A stretch of 32,000 nucleotides of DNA from Acidobacteriota bacterium (GCA_020637335.1 JACJWC010000001.1:192996-224995), one strand, 5' to 3'; shown: positions 17,011-25,850, counted from the stretch's first letter. Numbers and translations: made by a program. Notes: generated by a model from the letters alone, not told the origin.

Positions 17011-18101
17011 TGGCGCAATGTCCCTTGTGTCAAACAGAAATCGGTAAACCCTGGTTTCAGTCGCGATTAGGGTTTTGCGCTCGCTCTGATTGGTCTCCGA
17101 CGCCGGTTGCCGCAGAAGTGTTTTGGTGTTGCGACTGCCAGCATGGATTCAAAGACTTGGCTTTCGTTAAAAAATGGTCTGACTATTTGGCCTATCAAGC
17201 CTTTGGGAAAGCACAGGCCAACCTGCCCGAATACGATCCGGGTTGGCCGGACCATCGTGCCCGGGCATTATTGGCCCATCTGAATGCAAACGGAATTTTG
17301 AAGCCCGGCCAGCGGGTCTTGGATTTTGGCTGTCATCGCGGTCAATTTCTCAAGCATTTACCGCCCGGCCAACATGCCGGCTTGGATTTGGCACCTGAAT
17401 ATCGATCTGACGTCGAAAGCTTGGGTTATGCCTATTATCTGGAATCATCGGATTTGCCTGAATCGACTTTTGATTTCGTCTTTTTGCTCCATGTTTTTGA
17501 ACACCTCGATTTCCCTCAACTGCTTGCCCCGGCTTTAAAGGCGCTCAAACCACACGGCCATGTGTTGATACAGGTACCCAACCCCTTCCATCAACCAACA
17601 GACATTTATCTCAGCGATCACCGTTCGCATTTTTCTCAGACCAGTCTTGAAATTGCCGCCCGTGCGATAGGCCTTTCTCCCGCTGCCCCCATTCAAGACC
17701 TCCTTCCTGGCGAATGGACTGGCCTTTTTGTGCAAAATGGGTCACCTGCATCCGTTGCCTACGCACCGGTATCGATTGAATCGGTTCTTCAGAGGTTACG
17801 CTTTGCCGAAACCGAAATTCAGGCCATTCGCCATCGGGGGCGACCGGTGTGCCTGTTTGGGGCCGGTTACACGGGACTGATGCTCGGGGCCGTGTTGGCT
17901 GATCAGCTGGTGGGTTACATCGACGACAATACGGCACTCCATGGCCATCGCTTATTGGATCGACCGGTTTGGGCTTTGGAAAATGCGCCGCTCGATCCAG
18001 AGTGGGTTCTGAGCGTGCCACCGCCCTCCACTGCCAAAGTGCAAAAACGCTGTTTACAGGTTGGTAAGACGCCCTTCCCGTTATTCTGGCCCTGCACCTG
18101 A
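17010..18101 (+). CDS. zinc-ribbon + class I SAM methyltransferase + C-methyltransferase-type C-terminal Rossmann-like domain (NDP-hexose C-methyltransferase-like architecture)
   Basis: N-terminal four-Cys ribbon (CPLCQ ... CCDCQHGF). SAM motif RVLDFGCHRGQF. C-terminal RPVCLFGAGYTGLMLGAVLADQLVGYIDDNTALHGHRLLDRPVW at 17841-18017. The start overlaps the upstream stop by 1 nt (TGATG). Confidence 0.75.
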   Translation: MAQCPLCQTEIGKPWFQSRLGFCARSDWSPTPVAAEVFWCCDCQHGFKDLAFVKKWSDYLAYQAFGKAQANLPEYDPGWPDHRARALLAHLNANGILKPGQRVLDFGCHRGQFLKHLPPGQHAGLDLAPEYRSDVESLGYAYYLESSDLPESTFDFVFLLHVFEHLDFPQLLAPALKALKPHGHVLIQVPNPFHQPTDIYLSDHRSHFSQTSLEIAARAIGLSPAAPIQDLLPGEWTGLFVQNGSPASVAYAPVSIESVLQRLRFAETEIQAIRHRGRPVCLFGAGYTGLMLGAVLADQLVGYIDDNTALHGHRLLDRPVWALENAPLDPEWVLSVPPPSTAKVQKRCLQVGKTPFPLFWPCT

Positions 18102-18147
18102 TGGAGGATCTGAAACAGTTTTTGAGCTGGTGGGAACGCGAACAAAC

Positions 18148-19350
18148 TTAGAAATTCAGCGCTTGTTTGAGTAGGGTTTGGGATCCACTGTTCTGGGGCA
18201 GGACGCCTTCGATTCGGGTTTTGCCACCGCCTTTGGCCCCAAGCGGGACGAGCGTTTCTCGGTGATAGGCAGCAACCAGGCTGGGGTCTGGACCTTCCAG
18301 AATGAAGCGCAGTTTGCCGTCCATTTCAGCCAGGAGCAGGATGAAGTAACCCGCCTCTGCCATGCGCTGCGCCATGGCGCGAAAAGCAACCGGATCTGGC
18401 GATTCCACTCGAATGATATGCGGTGTGTCTGATTTGGGCTGCAAGTCAGGCAGCAGTTGGGCCAGTTTCAGGTTGACCAGATCGGAACGCATGCTGCCCA
18501 GTTGTTGGCTGAGGTTTTGAATTTGCACTTTTTGGCGTTGAACGTGGTCGGGTACCTCCTGCCAACCGACGCCAAAAAAAGAAGCGAGCTGATCCAAAAC
18601 CCCTTCGCGCTCGCCGATACGGTTGAGCAGGCGCGTGCCTGCCTGGAAATGGATACGGGTCAAGCCTTTGTATTTTTCCCATCCCGTAATTAATAGCGGA
18701 CCAACGCCACCGGAATCTTTGCAATGCGTGCCGCCACAGGGCGTTGTATCAAAGCCTTCAATTTCAATCAGGCGAATGGCTTCTGAAACCGTTGGCATTT
18801 TGCGCAAGGGAAATTTCGCCAGTTCGGAGGGGCTGGGGTAGTGGATGCGAACGGGACGCGAATCCATGATGACTTGATTGACCCTTTCTTCAACCTTGCG
18901 CTTGTCCGCTTGAGAAAATTCTGCTTTTTCAACGTCGATGGTTGAGGAACTGGAACCGAGCCGCGAAGAAACGGTTGCGGCATTAAAAAGTTCGTCTAAA
19001 GCGGCGCTGAGGATGTGTTGGCCAGTGTGTTGGCTCATCATGTCGCGACGCTTTTCGTGTTCGACGAGACCGTTAACCTTAGTGCCAACTGCATCGGCTA
19101 AATTTGCGGCTACGGTCTGAACCAGATGGTGAACCTGACCTGTTTCGTCGATTTGCGTATCGCTGATCAGGATCGGACCTAAAGGTGTTTCCAATTGTCC
19201 GCGATCGCCTAATTGTCCGCCCGATTCAGCATAAAAGGCCGTTCGGTCCAAAATTAGGCTGGGCTGATATTGCCAGGTGGACAGGGCGACCAGTTGGGCT
19301 TCAAAGTGTTCGAGATAAGAATCGTTGAGATGGAGTCTTTCGGTTAACAT
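18148..19350 (-). CDS. alaX: alanyl-tRNA editing protein, AlaX-L type (Ala/Thr-tRNA synthetase second additional domain)
   Basis: N-terminal RTAFYAESGGQLGDRG, zinc-binding HTGQHILSAAL (HxxxH) and TPCGGTHC (CxxxH). The 400-aa length is typical of the long AlaX form. Confidence 0.85.
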   Translation of the reverse strand: MLTERLHLNDSYLEHFEAQLVALSTWQYQPSLILDRTAFYAESGGQLGDRGQLETPLGPILISDTQIDETGQVHHLVQTVAANLADAVGTKVNGLVEHEKRRDMMSQHTGQHILSAALDELFNAATVSSRLGSSSSTIDVEKAEFSQADKRKVEERVNQVIMDSRPVRIHYPSPSELAKFPLRKMPTVSEAIRLIEIEGFDTTPCGGTHCKDSGGVGPLLITGWEKYKGLTRIHFQAGTRLLNRIGEREGVLDQLASFFGVGWQEVPDHVQRQKVQIQNLSQQLGSMRSDLVNLKLAQLLPDLQPKSDTPHIIRVESPDPVAFRAMAQRMAEAGYFILLLAEMDGKLRFILEGPDPSLVAAYHRETLVPLGAKGGGKTRIEGVLPQNSGSQTLLKQALNF

Positions 19351-19365
19351 GGCGCCATTCTAGAT

Positions 19366-19392
19366 GGGAGGCTTGTGTCACACAAGCCTCCC
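19366..19392 (-). terminator. perfect 12-bp GC-rich hairpin between the 19400-21421 gene and alaX (possible terminator or processing site; no U-tract)
   Basis: GGGAGGCTTGTG (19366-19377), a TCA loop, and CACAAGCCTCCC (19381-19392). It starts 7 nt after the upstream gene stop and ends 16 nt before the alaX start. Flanks are not T-rich on either strand. Confidence 0.4.
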
Positions 19393-19399
19393 AATAAGG

Positions 19400-21421
19400 T
19401 CAGGGTTGCGGAATGGAGGGATTGGTATAGAGATAGGCCGGGTTGCTGCCCACCGGATTGCCGCGCAGAAACACAGCTACTGCTTTTTGGGTCGACCGCA
19501 CACGAATGGTGGCGTTGGGTGTTTCCGGGAAGAGACTGTCGAAAACGACCAGTTGTTTGGCTTTTGCGGCCAGGGCGGGATTGATATCGGCTTGGGCAAT
19601 GATCAGGCCATTGGCGCCAATCAGATCGGCCGCAATCGCGCTGGGCGCTGTGCCGGTATTGACCAAAGCTAAGCCATCAAATACCAAACTCCGTTCGCCT
19701 GGATAAATCAGGAACTCGTTCTGGGCATCGGCCGTTTGATGGAAATGGGCACTAGCTCCGGTTGTTGTACTGGCCTTGTAACCGGCACTGACCGCAATGG
19801 CGGTGTCCCCGCTGATGCTGAAATGGCTTACCGTTCCGCTGGGGAACAAAGTTGCCTGGTCCATACTGAGCACCTGGCCTGCGTTTAGACCAATCGGAAT
19901 CGGGGTTTGGGCAACGCCCTCGGCCGTGTAGGGGGTTAAATTAATGGCTGCCGCCGCATTTCCCGTGTTGTGAAACAGCAAAGTGGTGTTGAAGCCGGCG
20001 CCCGGTTTGGTCACGTGGGGTAGCCATCGCGTACCGGAAACACTGCGTTGAGGTTCCGTGACGTACAGGTATCCGGGCTCGGTTCCGGGCCGGGAACCGC
20101 GCAGGAAGACGGCGGATGCGGGTTGCGTGGAGGTAATTTCAATCAAAGGAGGCGGTTGCGGGAAAATACTATCGAATACGAGCAAGTATTTTTGGTGCGG
20201 GGCCAGGGTGGTGGTTAAGGTGATTTCATTCGAGGTTGTACCTAACGCTTTAGCTTTGAGGGTCGTATTGGCATTGCCCAGGTTGACCAGAGCCATGCCG
20301 TCAAAGACGACGTCCGGTTCACCGGGATAGACCCTAAAGACGGTGCCTGTCTCGGTCTGCTGTTGCACGTGGCAGGTGGCCCCTTCGCCAACGGCACGGT
20401 AAGCCGAGGTGATGGAAACCGAATCGTCTCCACTCATGGTCAGGTAGGAGACCGAATTGCCGCCGAATAGGGCGCTTTGACTTAGAGCGGAGACTTCACC
20501 GCTGCCCAGGGTTTGGGCAATATCGGGCAGCGTGCTGCCATCGCTCAAGTAGGGAGTCAAGCTTACGCTTTGTGAAGTGTTCCCATTGTTGCGCAAGAGC
20601 AGGGTCGTTTGGAACCCGCCGGTGGGTGAGGTGATGTGCGGGATGACCTTGGTCGTCGTCGGAGGCGGGTTGGATCCGCCCACATTGCGGAAAAATACGG
20701 TTTTTGTGTTGGTGATCTGACCGAGTGTTTCATTGGTGACGTAACTGATGTTCACCAGTGGGTGTTTGAGGCTGGGCTCGTAATAAACATAGCTTGTGGT
20801 ATCGGTTTTGGTTACGACACTAAATCCAGAAACTGAAATGGTATCGGTGATTTTCTGGATACTTTTGATGCGCAGAACTTGGTAACTGGATCCTCCGGGC
20901 ATAATGACCGTGCCATAACCATCGGCGGTGGTTTGGCTGGTGACGGTGCGGTTCGCCGTGGCGCCCTGGGAGGTATAAGTCGCTGCAGCGGTATCCTGTA
21001 AATCAAAACCAAAACTAACCGGAAAGGTGAATATTTTTTGGGTATCACTGTAATGAACGATGATGTCGGGTGCGCCAACCCCGATCAGCACAAATTCCGA
21101 ATTGTCGAGTTTCCAATAGGTGTAGCCAATTTCACTGCCGCCATCGGAATCGCGTTGGGCTAGGTTGGCATCGGGGAAGCTTGTGGCATAGGGGGTATCT
21201 CCGACATTGACAAAATCGATGGTGCGCGACACACCATCGGCGGTGAGATGGGAAAAATCCCACGTTTTGCTGGCGCCGCTCGGTCCCTCCATGGCCACAG
21301 CGGCATTGCCGCGCACTAAGGAATAACTCTCGCCGGCCACCCACAGATTGCTGCGGTTCAGGACCGGCTGAGCAAAAACGTAAATTGAACTCAATAAAAG
21401 GAAACAAAGCACTTTGTTCAT
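19400..21421 (-). CDS. large secreted protein with an N-terminal ~250-aa domain and two tandem ~200-aa repeats
   Basis: ATG at 21419-21421 follows GGAGGA about 7 nt upstream; the track start 21448 is rejected. Signal peptide MNKVLCFLLLSSIYVFAQP. The C-terminal two thirds consist of two homologous units (see repeat features). Confidence 0.8.
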   Translation of the reverse strand: MNKVLCFLLLSSIYVFAQPVLNRSNLWVAGESYSLVRGNAAVAMEGPSGASKTWDFSHLTADGVSRTIDFVNVGDTPYATSFPDANLAQRDSDGGSEIGYTYWKLDNSEFVLIGVGAPDIIVHYSDTQKIFTFPVSFGFDLQDTAAATYTSQGATANRTVTSQTTADGYGTVIMPGGSSYQVLRIKSIQKITDTISVSGFSVVTKTDTTSYVYYEPSLKHPLVNISYVTNETLGQITNTKTVFFRNVGGSNPPPTTTKVIPHITSPTGGFQTTLLLRNNGNTSQSVSLTPYLSDGSTLPDIAQTLGSGEVSALSQSALFGGNSVSYLTMSGDDSVSITSAYRAVGEGATCHVQQQTETGTVFRVYPGEPDVVFDGMALVNLGNANTTLKAKALGTTSNEITLTTTLAPHQKYLLVFDSIFPQPPPLIEITSTQPASAVFLRGSRPGTEPGYLYVTEPQRSVSGTRWLPHVTKPGAGFNTTLLFHNTGNAAAAINLTPYTAEGVAQTPIPIGLNAGQVLSMDQATLFPSGTVSHFSISGDTAIAVSAGYKASTTTGASAHFHQTADAQNEFLIYPGERSLVFDGLALVNTGTAPSAIAADLIGANGLIIAQADINPALAAKAKQLVVFDSLFPETPNATIRVRSTQKAVAVFLRGNPVGSNPAYLYTNPSIPQP
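19421..20026 (-). repeat. protein-level tandem repeat unit 2 of the 19400-21421 gene
   Basis: WLPHVTKPGAGFNTTLLFHNTGN...LTPY...SGDTAIAVSAGY...IYPGERSLVFDGLALVNTG...LVVFDSLFP...AVFLRGNPVGSNPAYLYTNP. It is colinear with unit 1 at roughly 40 percent identity by eye. The DNA has diverged, so the duplication is old. Confidence 0.8.
20051..20647 (-). repeat. protein-level tandem repeat unit 1 of the 19400-21421 gene
   Basis: VIPHITSPTGGFQTTLLLRNNGN...LTPY...SGDDSVSITSAY...VYPGEPDVVFDGMALVNLG...LLVFDSIFP...AVFLRGSRPGTEPGYLYVTEP. Confidence 0.8.
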
Positions 21422-21623
21422 GAACTTATCCTCCAATCGACATAGCATAGCTAATCGGCGGAATGCGTGGCTAAGTTTAAGAAAAACAGCATGCTAAAAA
21501 AAATGAATGCTGGCTCCAGGTTGCTTTTGGTGTTTCCTGCCAAATAAATTTTGTGCATTTGGGAATAAAGCGGATTCTGGCAGCTGTTGCGTAAGTGTTC
21601 GGGTAGCTTTACCCCTCCATCAC

Positions 21624-21670
21624 ACCCCACCGGTTCATCCCCTCACCCCGACCCGGTGGGGTTTTCGTTT
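21624..21670 (+). terminator. terminator-like hairpin plus T-tract inside the 5' leader of the deacetylase gene
   Basis: ACCCCACCGG (21624-21633) pairs with CCGGTGGGGT (21653-21662) across a 19-nt loop, followed by TTTCGTTT. It lies about 30 nt upstream of ATG 21700. No plus-strand gene lies upstream of it. Confidence 0.45.
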
Positions 21671-21699
21671 ATCATAGGGACCCATCAAAGGGGTGATGT

Positions 21700-22617
21700 A
21701 TGTTTTTGTGCTTATGTTGGTTTTGGCTAGTAGGGTCCGACCGGATGGCGGTTACTTTTGACGATCTGCCCGGTGTGGGGTTAAACCTTGAGAATCCGGA
21801 ATACCTCTCGATTTTGGAGGGTATTGAAACCCATCTGAAAAAGGCCGGTATACCTTCGATCGGCTTTGTAAATGAAGGCAAGCTGGCGGTCGATGGTCAA
21901 TATCAAGCGGAACGGCTTCAAGCGTTGCGCGGCTGGGCAGAGGCGGGCTTTTTGTTGGGCAACCACACCAAATCGCACATCAGTCTTAACCGCACACCGG
22001 CGGGGGTTTACATTACGGATATTCTGGAGGGTGAAAAAAGCATTGAAATTTTGATGGCGCACACCGGTCAAACGCAGCGCTACTTTCGCCACCCGTTTTT
22101 ACATACGGGCCGCGATGAATTGGTGCGCAATGCGGTCAATTCCTTTCTGGATTTGCGCCATTACACGGTTGCGCCTGTCACTATTGATAATGGCGAGTGG
22201 ATTTATGCGCGCGCCTACGATTCTGCTTTGGCCAAGGGTGATATGGACCAGGCCAAGCGCATCGTTGAGGATTATTTGGCCTATATGATTCGCAAGGTTC
22301 ATTATTTTGAGCAGCAGTCGCAGATCCTGTTTGATCGCAACATGGACCACATTCTGCTTCTGCACGCCAACCGACTGAACCGGGATCATGTCGGGTCGCT
22401 GCTTCAACGCATTTCCGATCTGGGTTACAGCTTTATTAGCCTGGACGAAGCGCTTCAAGATCCAGCCTATCAAACACCCGATGGTTATTTTGGACCTGCA
22501 GGTATCACGTGGCTGCATCGCTGGGCCTTGGGCCAGGGCCACAAGGAAAAAATCTTGGCTGATGAACCTCAGGTTTCTCAATTTGTACTGGATTTGGCAG
22601 GTGTGGATGGCGAGTAA
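21700..22617 (+). CDS. polysaccharide deacetylase (NodB homology domain) family protein
   Basis: NodB motifs VTFDDLP (TFDD), GNHTKSH (HxxxH) and FRHPFLH (RxPF/Y). AAAGGGG RBS. Confidence 0.85.
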   Translation: MFLCLCWFWLVGSDRMAVTFDDLPGVGLNLENPEYLSILEGIETHLKKAGIPSIGFVNEGKLAVDGQYQAERLQALRGWAEAGFLLGNHTKSHISLNRTPAGVYITDILEGEKSIEILMAHTGQTQRYFRHPFLHTGRDELVRNAVNSFLDLRHYTVAPVTIDNGEWIYARAYDSALAKGDMDQAKRIVEDYLAYMIRKVHYFEQQSQILFDRNMDHILLLHANRLNRDHVGSLLQRISDLGYSFISLDEALQDPAYQTPDGYFGPAGITWLHRWALGQGHKEKILADEPQVSQFVLDLAGVDGE

Positions 22618-22680
22618 TCGCCGTTATTGACTGCTCAAAACACGTTATACTGACTTCCAAATCCCGCATTGGAGATCTGT

Positions 22681-24174
22681 ATGGTTGCTTGGTTATCCGG
22701 CTGGAACTGGTTGTGGTTAATCCCCATCGGGCTTCTTTTGGTGGCCCTTTACGATATCTTTCAAAAGAAACACACGATTCTGCACAATTTCCCGATTGTC
22801 GGGCATTTGCGCTACTGGTTGGAAACGATTGGACCCGAGCTGCGTCAGTATTGGGTCGCCAACGATAAAGAGGAACTGCCGTTTAACCGCTCCGAACGGG
22901 CTTGGGTTTACGCTTCCAGCAAGGGCCAGAACAATACTTTTGGGTTTGGTACGTCCGAACAAATCTACGGGACTGGTTATCCCATTATTAAAAATGCGGT
23001 TTTTCCCTATCCCGAAGTCAAAGCAATCGCCAAAAACGGGCATAGTGATGAAATTGCCAGCTTGAAAGTCATGGGCGAAATCCATAACCGTGCCAAACCG
23101 TTTAGGCCGACCTCTGTCATCAATATTTCCGCGATGTCCTTTGGTTCATTGGGTGCCAATGCAGTTCAGGCCTTGAATCTCGGCGCTAAGTTGGGTCATT
23201 GCTATCACAACACAGGGGAGGGCGGGATTAGCAAATACCACTTGCAGGGCGGGGATTTGGTTTACCAGTTGGGTACCGGTTACTTTGGGTCACGCGATGA
23301 TCAGGGAAAATTCCATTTGGATATGTTGGTCTCCTTGGTGGGCAGATGTGAACAAGTCAAAGCCATAGAGGTCAAGCTATCCCAAGGCGCCAAGCCGGGA
23401 AAAGGTGGGATTTTACCCGGCCGAAAAGTGACGGCTGAAATTGCTCACGCCCGCAAAGTACCGGCTTATAAAGACTGTATTTCTCCGAATGCCCATGCCG
23501 AATTTGATACAGTCGATGAATTAATCGATTTCGTCGAGAGAATTGCTTCGGCGACAGGGCTTCCGGTTGGCATCAAAAGTGCCGTTGGAAAAATGGATTT
23601 CTGGTACGAGTTGGCGCGGCGTATGCGCGAACGCCAAGCTGGGCCGGATTACATCGCGATTGATGGCGGTGAGGGCGGGACGGGTGCCGCACCTTTGACT
23701 TTTGCCGACCATGTGTCCTTACCCTTCAAAATTGGCTTTGCGCGTGTTTACAAAGCCTTTCAGGATGAAAAAATGGCTTCTCGCGTGATGTGGATTGGGG
23801 CGGGCAAATTGGGATTTCCCGATCGGGCGGTCATCGCTTTTGCAATGGGTTGTGATCTGATTTATGTGGCCCGTGAAGCCATGTTGGCGATTGGCTGTAT
23901 TCAGGCCCAAAAGTGTCATACGGATCATTGCCCAGCCGGTGTGGCGACCCAAAACAAATGGCTACAAGCCGGACTCAATCCCGAGGACAAGGCACAACGC
24001 ATGGCGCGTTATTTGAAAAGTTTTCGCAAAGAGTTATTGTCGCTTGCCCATGCAGCTGGTTATGAACACCCACAACAGTTCACGGGCCGGGACATCGAAT
24101 TTTGTACCGGAGTCAACCAGTTCAGCGAACTGCGGGAGGTCATGGGTTACGAACGGGACACCATTTTCCTCTAG
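22681..24174 (+). CDS. FMN-binding glutamate synthase family protein (GltB central-domain-like) with an N-terminal membrane segment
   Basis: I prefer ATG 22681 (GGAG 6 nt upstream) over TTG 22669. TM segment WLSGWNWLWLIPIGLLLVAL. Motifs ISAMSFGSLG, NTGEGG, KLSQGAKPGKGGILPG and IAIDGGEGGTGAAP. Confidence 0.9.
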   Translation: MVAWLSGWNWLWLIPIGLLLVALYDIFQKKHTILHNFPIVGHLRYWLETIGPELRQYWVANDKEELPFNRSERAWVYASSKGQNNTFGFGTSEQIYGTGYPIIKNAVFPYPEVKAIAKNGHSDEIASLKVMGEIHNRAKPFRPTSVINISAMSFGSLGANAVQALNLGAKLGHCYHNTGEGGISKYHLQGGDLVYQLGTGYFGSRDDQGKFHLDMLVSLVGRCEQVKAIEVKLSQGAKPGKGGILPGRKVTAEIAHARKVPAYKDCISPNAHAEFDTVDELIDFVERIASATGLPVGIKSAVGKMDFWYELARRMRERQAGPDYIAIDGGEGGTGAAPLTFADHVSLPFKIGFARVYKAFQDEKMASRVMWIGAGKLGFPDRAVIAFAMGCDLIYVAREAMLAIGCIQAQKCHTDHCPAGVATQNKWLQAGLNPEDKAQRMARYLKSFRKELLSLAHAAGYEHPQQFTGRDIEFCTGVNQFSELREVMGYERDTIFL

Positions 24175-25088
24175 GCAAATTGTTCCGAGAGCCGACGCGC
24201 AACGAATTGGGAGAGGGTCCGCACGGCCAGGGTCGGTTCGCGCTGGGCGGGGACGACCACATGGATCGGTTCGGGTTGTGGGCCCCATTCTTTTAAGACA
24301 TGGACCAGTTCGCCGCGCTGAATCGGTTCGCGGCACAAAAACTCGGGCATGATCGCCAATCCGTGACCGTGCAAGGTCAGGTGGCGGATGGCAAAAAAGT
24401 TATTGCCCTGAATGGCCGGGTCTGGGTTGAGCTCGATCCGACCGTTTGAGGAGAAAAGGGCAATCGGTTGGGTCCCGCCGCTTCCTGTAAATTTGATGAA
24501 CGGAACCTTTTCGATTTGGCCCGGGTCTTCCATGTTGGGGCAGCGATGCAGAAACTTAGGGCTGGCCACCAGCCAAAACCGCATGGTACCGACCCGACGG
24601 GCTTTGACGCTCTCGTCTGGCATGCGACCGATACGAATGGTCAGGTCAATGCCCTCTTCCACCAAATTCACCATGCGATTTGAAAAATGCAGGTCAAATT
24701 TGACATTGCGGTGTTGGTCTGCAAATTCATCGACTAACTCCGTCACGACCAGCGTGCCAAAATCTTCGGGCGCGCCAATGCGAATCCGGCCCGAAATTTC
24801 TGTGGAAAACCGACCTACCTCGCGTGCGGCCGAATCTAAGGCAATCAGGTGGTCGTGAATTCCTTCGTAAAATAGACGTCCGGCTTCGGTTAATTGGAAT
24901 CGCCGCGTTGTTCGGTAGATCAATTGCACACCCAATTGTTCTTCCAGAGCTGCCAGGTTTCGACTAACCCGGGATTTGGGCTGACGCAGGATTTTGGCTG
25001 CGCGTACAAAACTACCCGCTTCCACCAAGGCTGAAAAAACGCGGGCCCGGTTGAGGTCCAATTCTGGATCTGCAAAGCGTTCTGGCAT
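24171..25088 (-). CDS. LysR family transcriptional regulator
   Basis: I prefer ATG at 25086-25088, giving a 305-aa protein of typical LysR size; the track start is 25166. N-terminal wHTH FVRAAKILRQPKSRVSRNLAALEEQLGVQLIYRTTRRFQLTEAG. Its stop and the convergent 22681-24174 stop share CTAG at 24171-24174. Confidence 0.9.
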   Translation of the reverse strand: MPERFADPELDLNRARVFSALVEAGSFVRAAKILRQPKSRVSRNLAALEEQLGVQLIYRTTRRFQLTEAGRLFYEGIHDHLIALDSAAREVGRFSTEISGRIRIGAPEDFGTLVVTELVDEFADQHRNVKFDLHFSNRMVNLVEEGIDLTIRIGRMPDESVKARRVGTMRFWLVASPKFLHRCPNMEDPGQIEKVPFIKFTGSGGTQPIALFSSNGRIELNPDPAIQGNNFFAIRHLTLHGHGLAIMPEFLCREPIQRGELVHVLKEWGPQPEPIHVVVPAQREPTLAVRTLSQFVARRLSEQFA

Positions 25089-25090
25089 AC

Positions 25091-25128
25091 ATTGTCCTAT
25101 ATTCTGCAACAATTTTTCCTGATATTGT
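25091..25128. promoter_or_regulatory. candidate LysR-type operator in the lysR/yceI divergent intergenic region
   Basis: ATTGT (25091-25095) and ACAAT (25109-25113) form a 5-bp interrupted dyad with a 13-nt spacer. A third ATTGT lies at 25124-25128. This rests only on the sequence pattern and on position between divergent genes. Confidence 0.25.
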
Positions 25129-25209
25129 ACTCTGGCAGAACAAGTGAGACAAAGCCATAATGTCATTCAACAGGGTATCTCTCCCTGAATCCCCTCAAGG
25201 AGTGTTGAA

Positions 25210-25800
25210 ATGAAAAGGATTCACGGTATTTTATTAGGTTTGTTGATCAGTACAGTTATTTTGGCGGCAGAGCCGCCCAAAGCCGGCACCTACTCGGTTG
25301 ACCCCGCCCATAGCAAAGTTGGCTTTGAAGTGAGCCACCTGGTGATTGCCACGGTGGAAGGCCATTTCTCTGATTACGTTGGTCAAATCACGATTGGCGA
25401 TAGCTTTGAAAAATCCCAATTTGAAGCAACGGTTCAAACGGGGTCTGTTTATACCGACCAAGCCGATCGCGATAAACACCTGCGCAGTGGTGATTTTTTT
25501 GATGCAGAAAAATTTCCAACCATGACGTTTAAATCGACGGGTATCAAAGGTTCGCCGGAAAATTTTGAAATTATGGGCGATCTCACCATTAAAGGCACAA
25601 CGAAACCGGTTGTTTTTAAGGCCAAATACACGGGGACAGTTGTTGATCCGTGGGGCAATACCAAAGCTGCTTTCCGCGCTTCTACGGACGTGAATCGCCA
25701 CGATTTTGGTTTGAGTTGGAGCAAAATGATCGAGGCCGGTCCCGTGGTTGGTGATACGGTTACCATCGAATTGCGAATCGAAGCCAAGTTAGAAAAATAA
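25210..25800 (+). CDS. yceI: YceI family periplasmic protein (polyisoprenoid-binding-like)
   Basis: AAGGAG RBS at 25197-25202. Signal peptide MKRIHGILLGLLISTVILAA. YSVDPAHSKVGFEVSHLVIATVEGHFSDY is the hallmark YceI N-terminal segment. Confidence 0.9.
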   Translation: MKRIHGILLGLLISTVILAAEPPKAGTYSVDPAHSKVGFEVSHLVIATVEGHFSDYVGQITIGDSFEKSQFEATVQTGSVYTDQADRDKHLRSGDFFDAEKFPTMTFKSTGIKGSPENFEIMGDLTIKGTTKPVVFKAKYTGTVVDPWGNTKAAFRASTDVNRHDFGLSWSKMIEAGPVVGDTVTIELRIEAKLEK

Positions 25801-25824
25801 TGCGGCTTTTACCGCCGGCCAAAA

Positions 25825-25850
25825 GGGCCCGCACAAGCGGGCCCTTTTTT
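25825..25850. terminator. bidirectional Rho-independent terminator shared by the convergent yceI and 25849-26610 genes
   Basis: GGGCCCGC (25825-25832), an ACAA loop, and GCGGGCCC (25837-25844). It is flanked by AAAA upstream and TTTTTT downstream. Confidence 0.85.
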
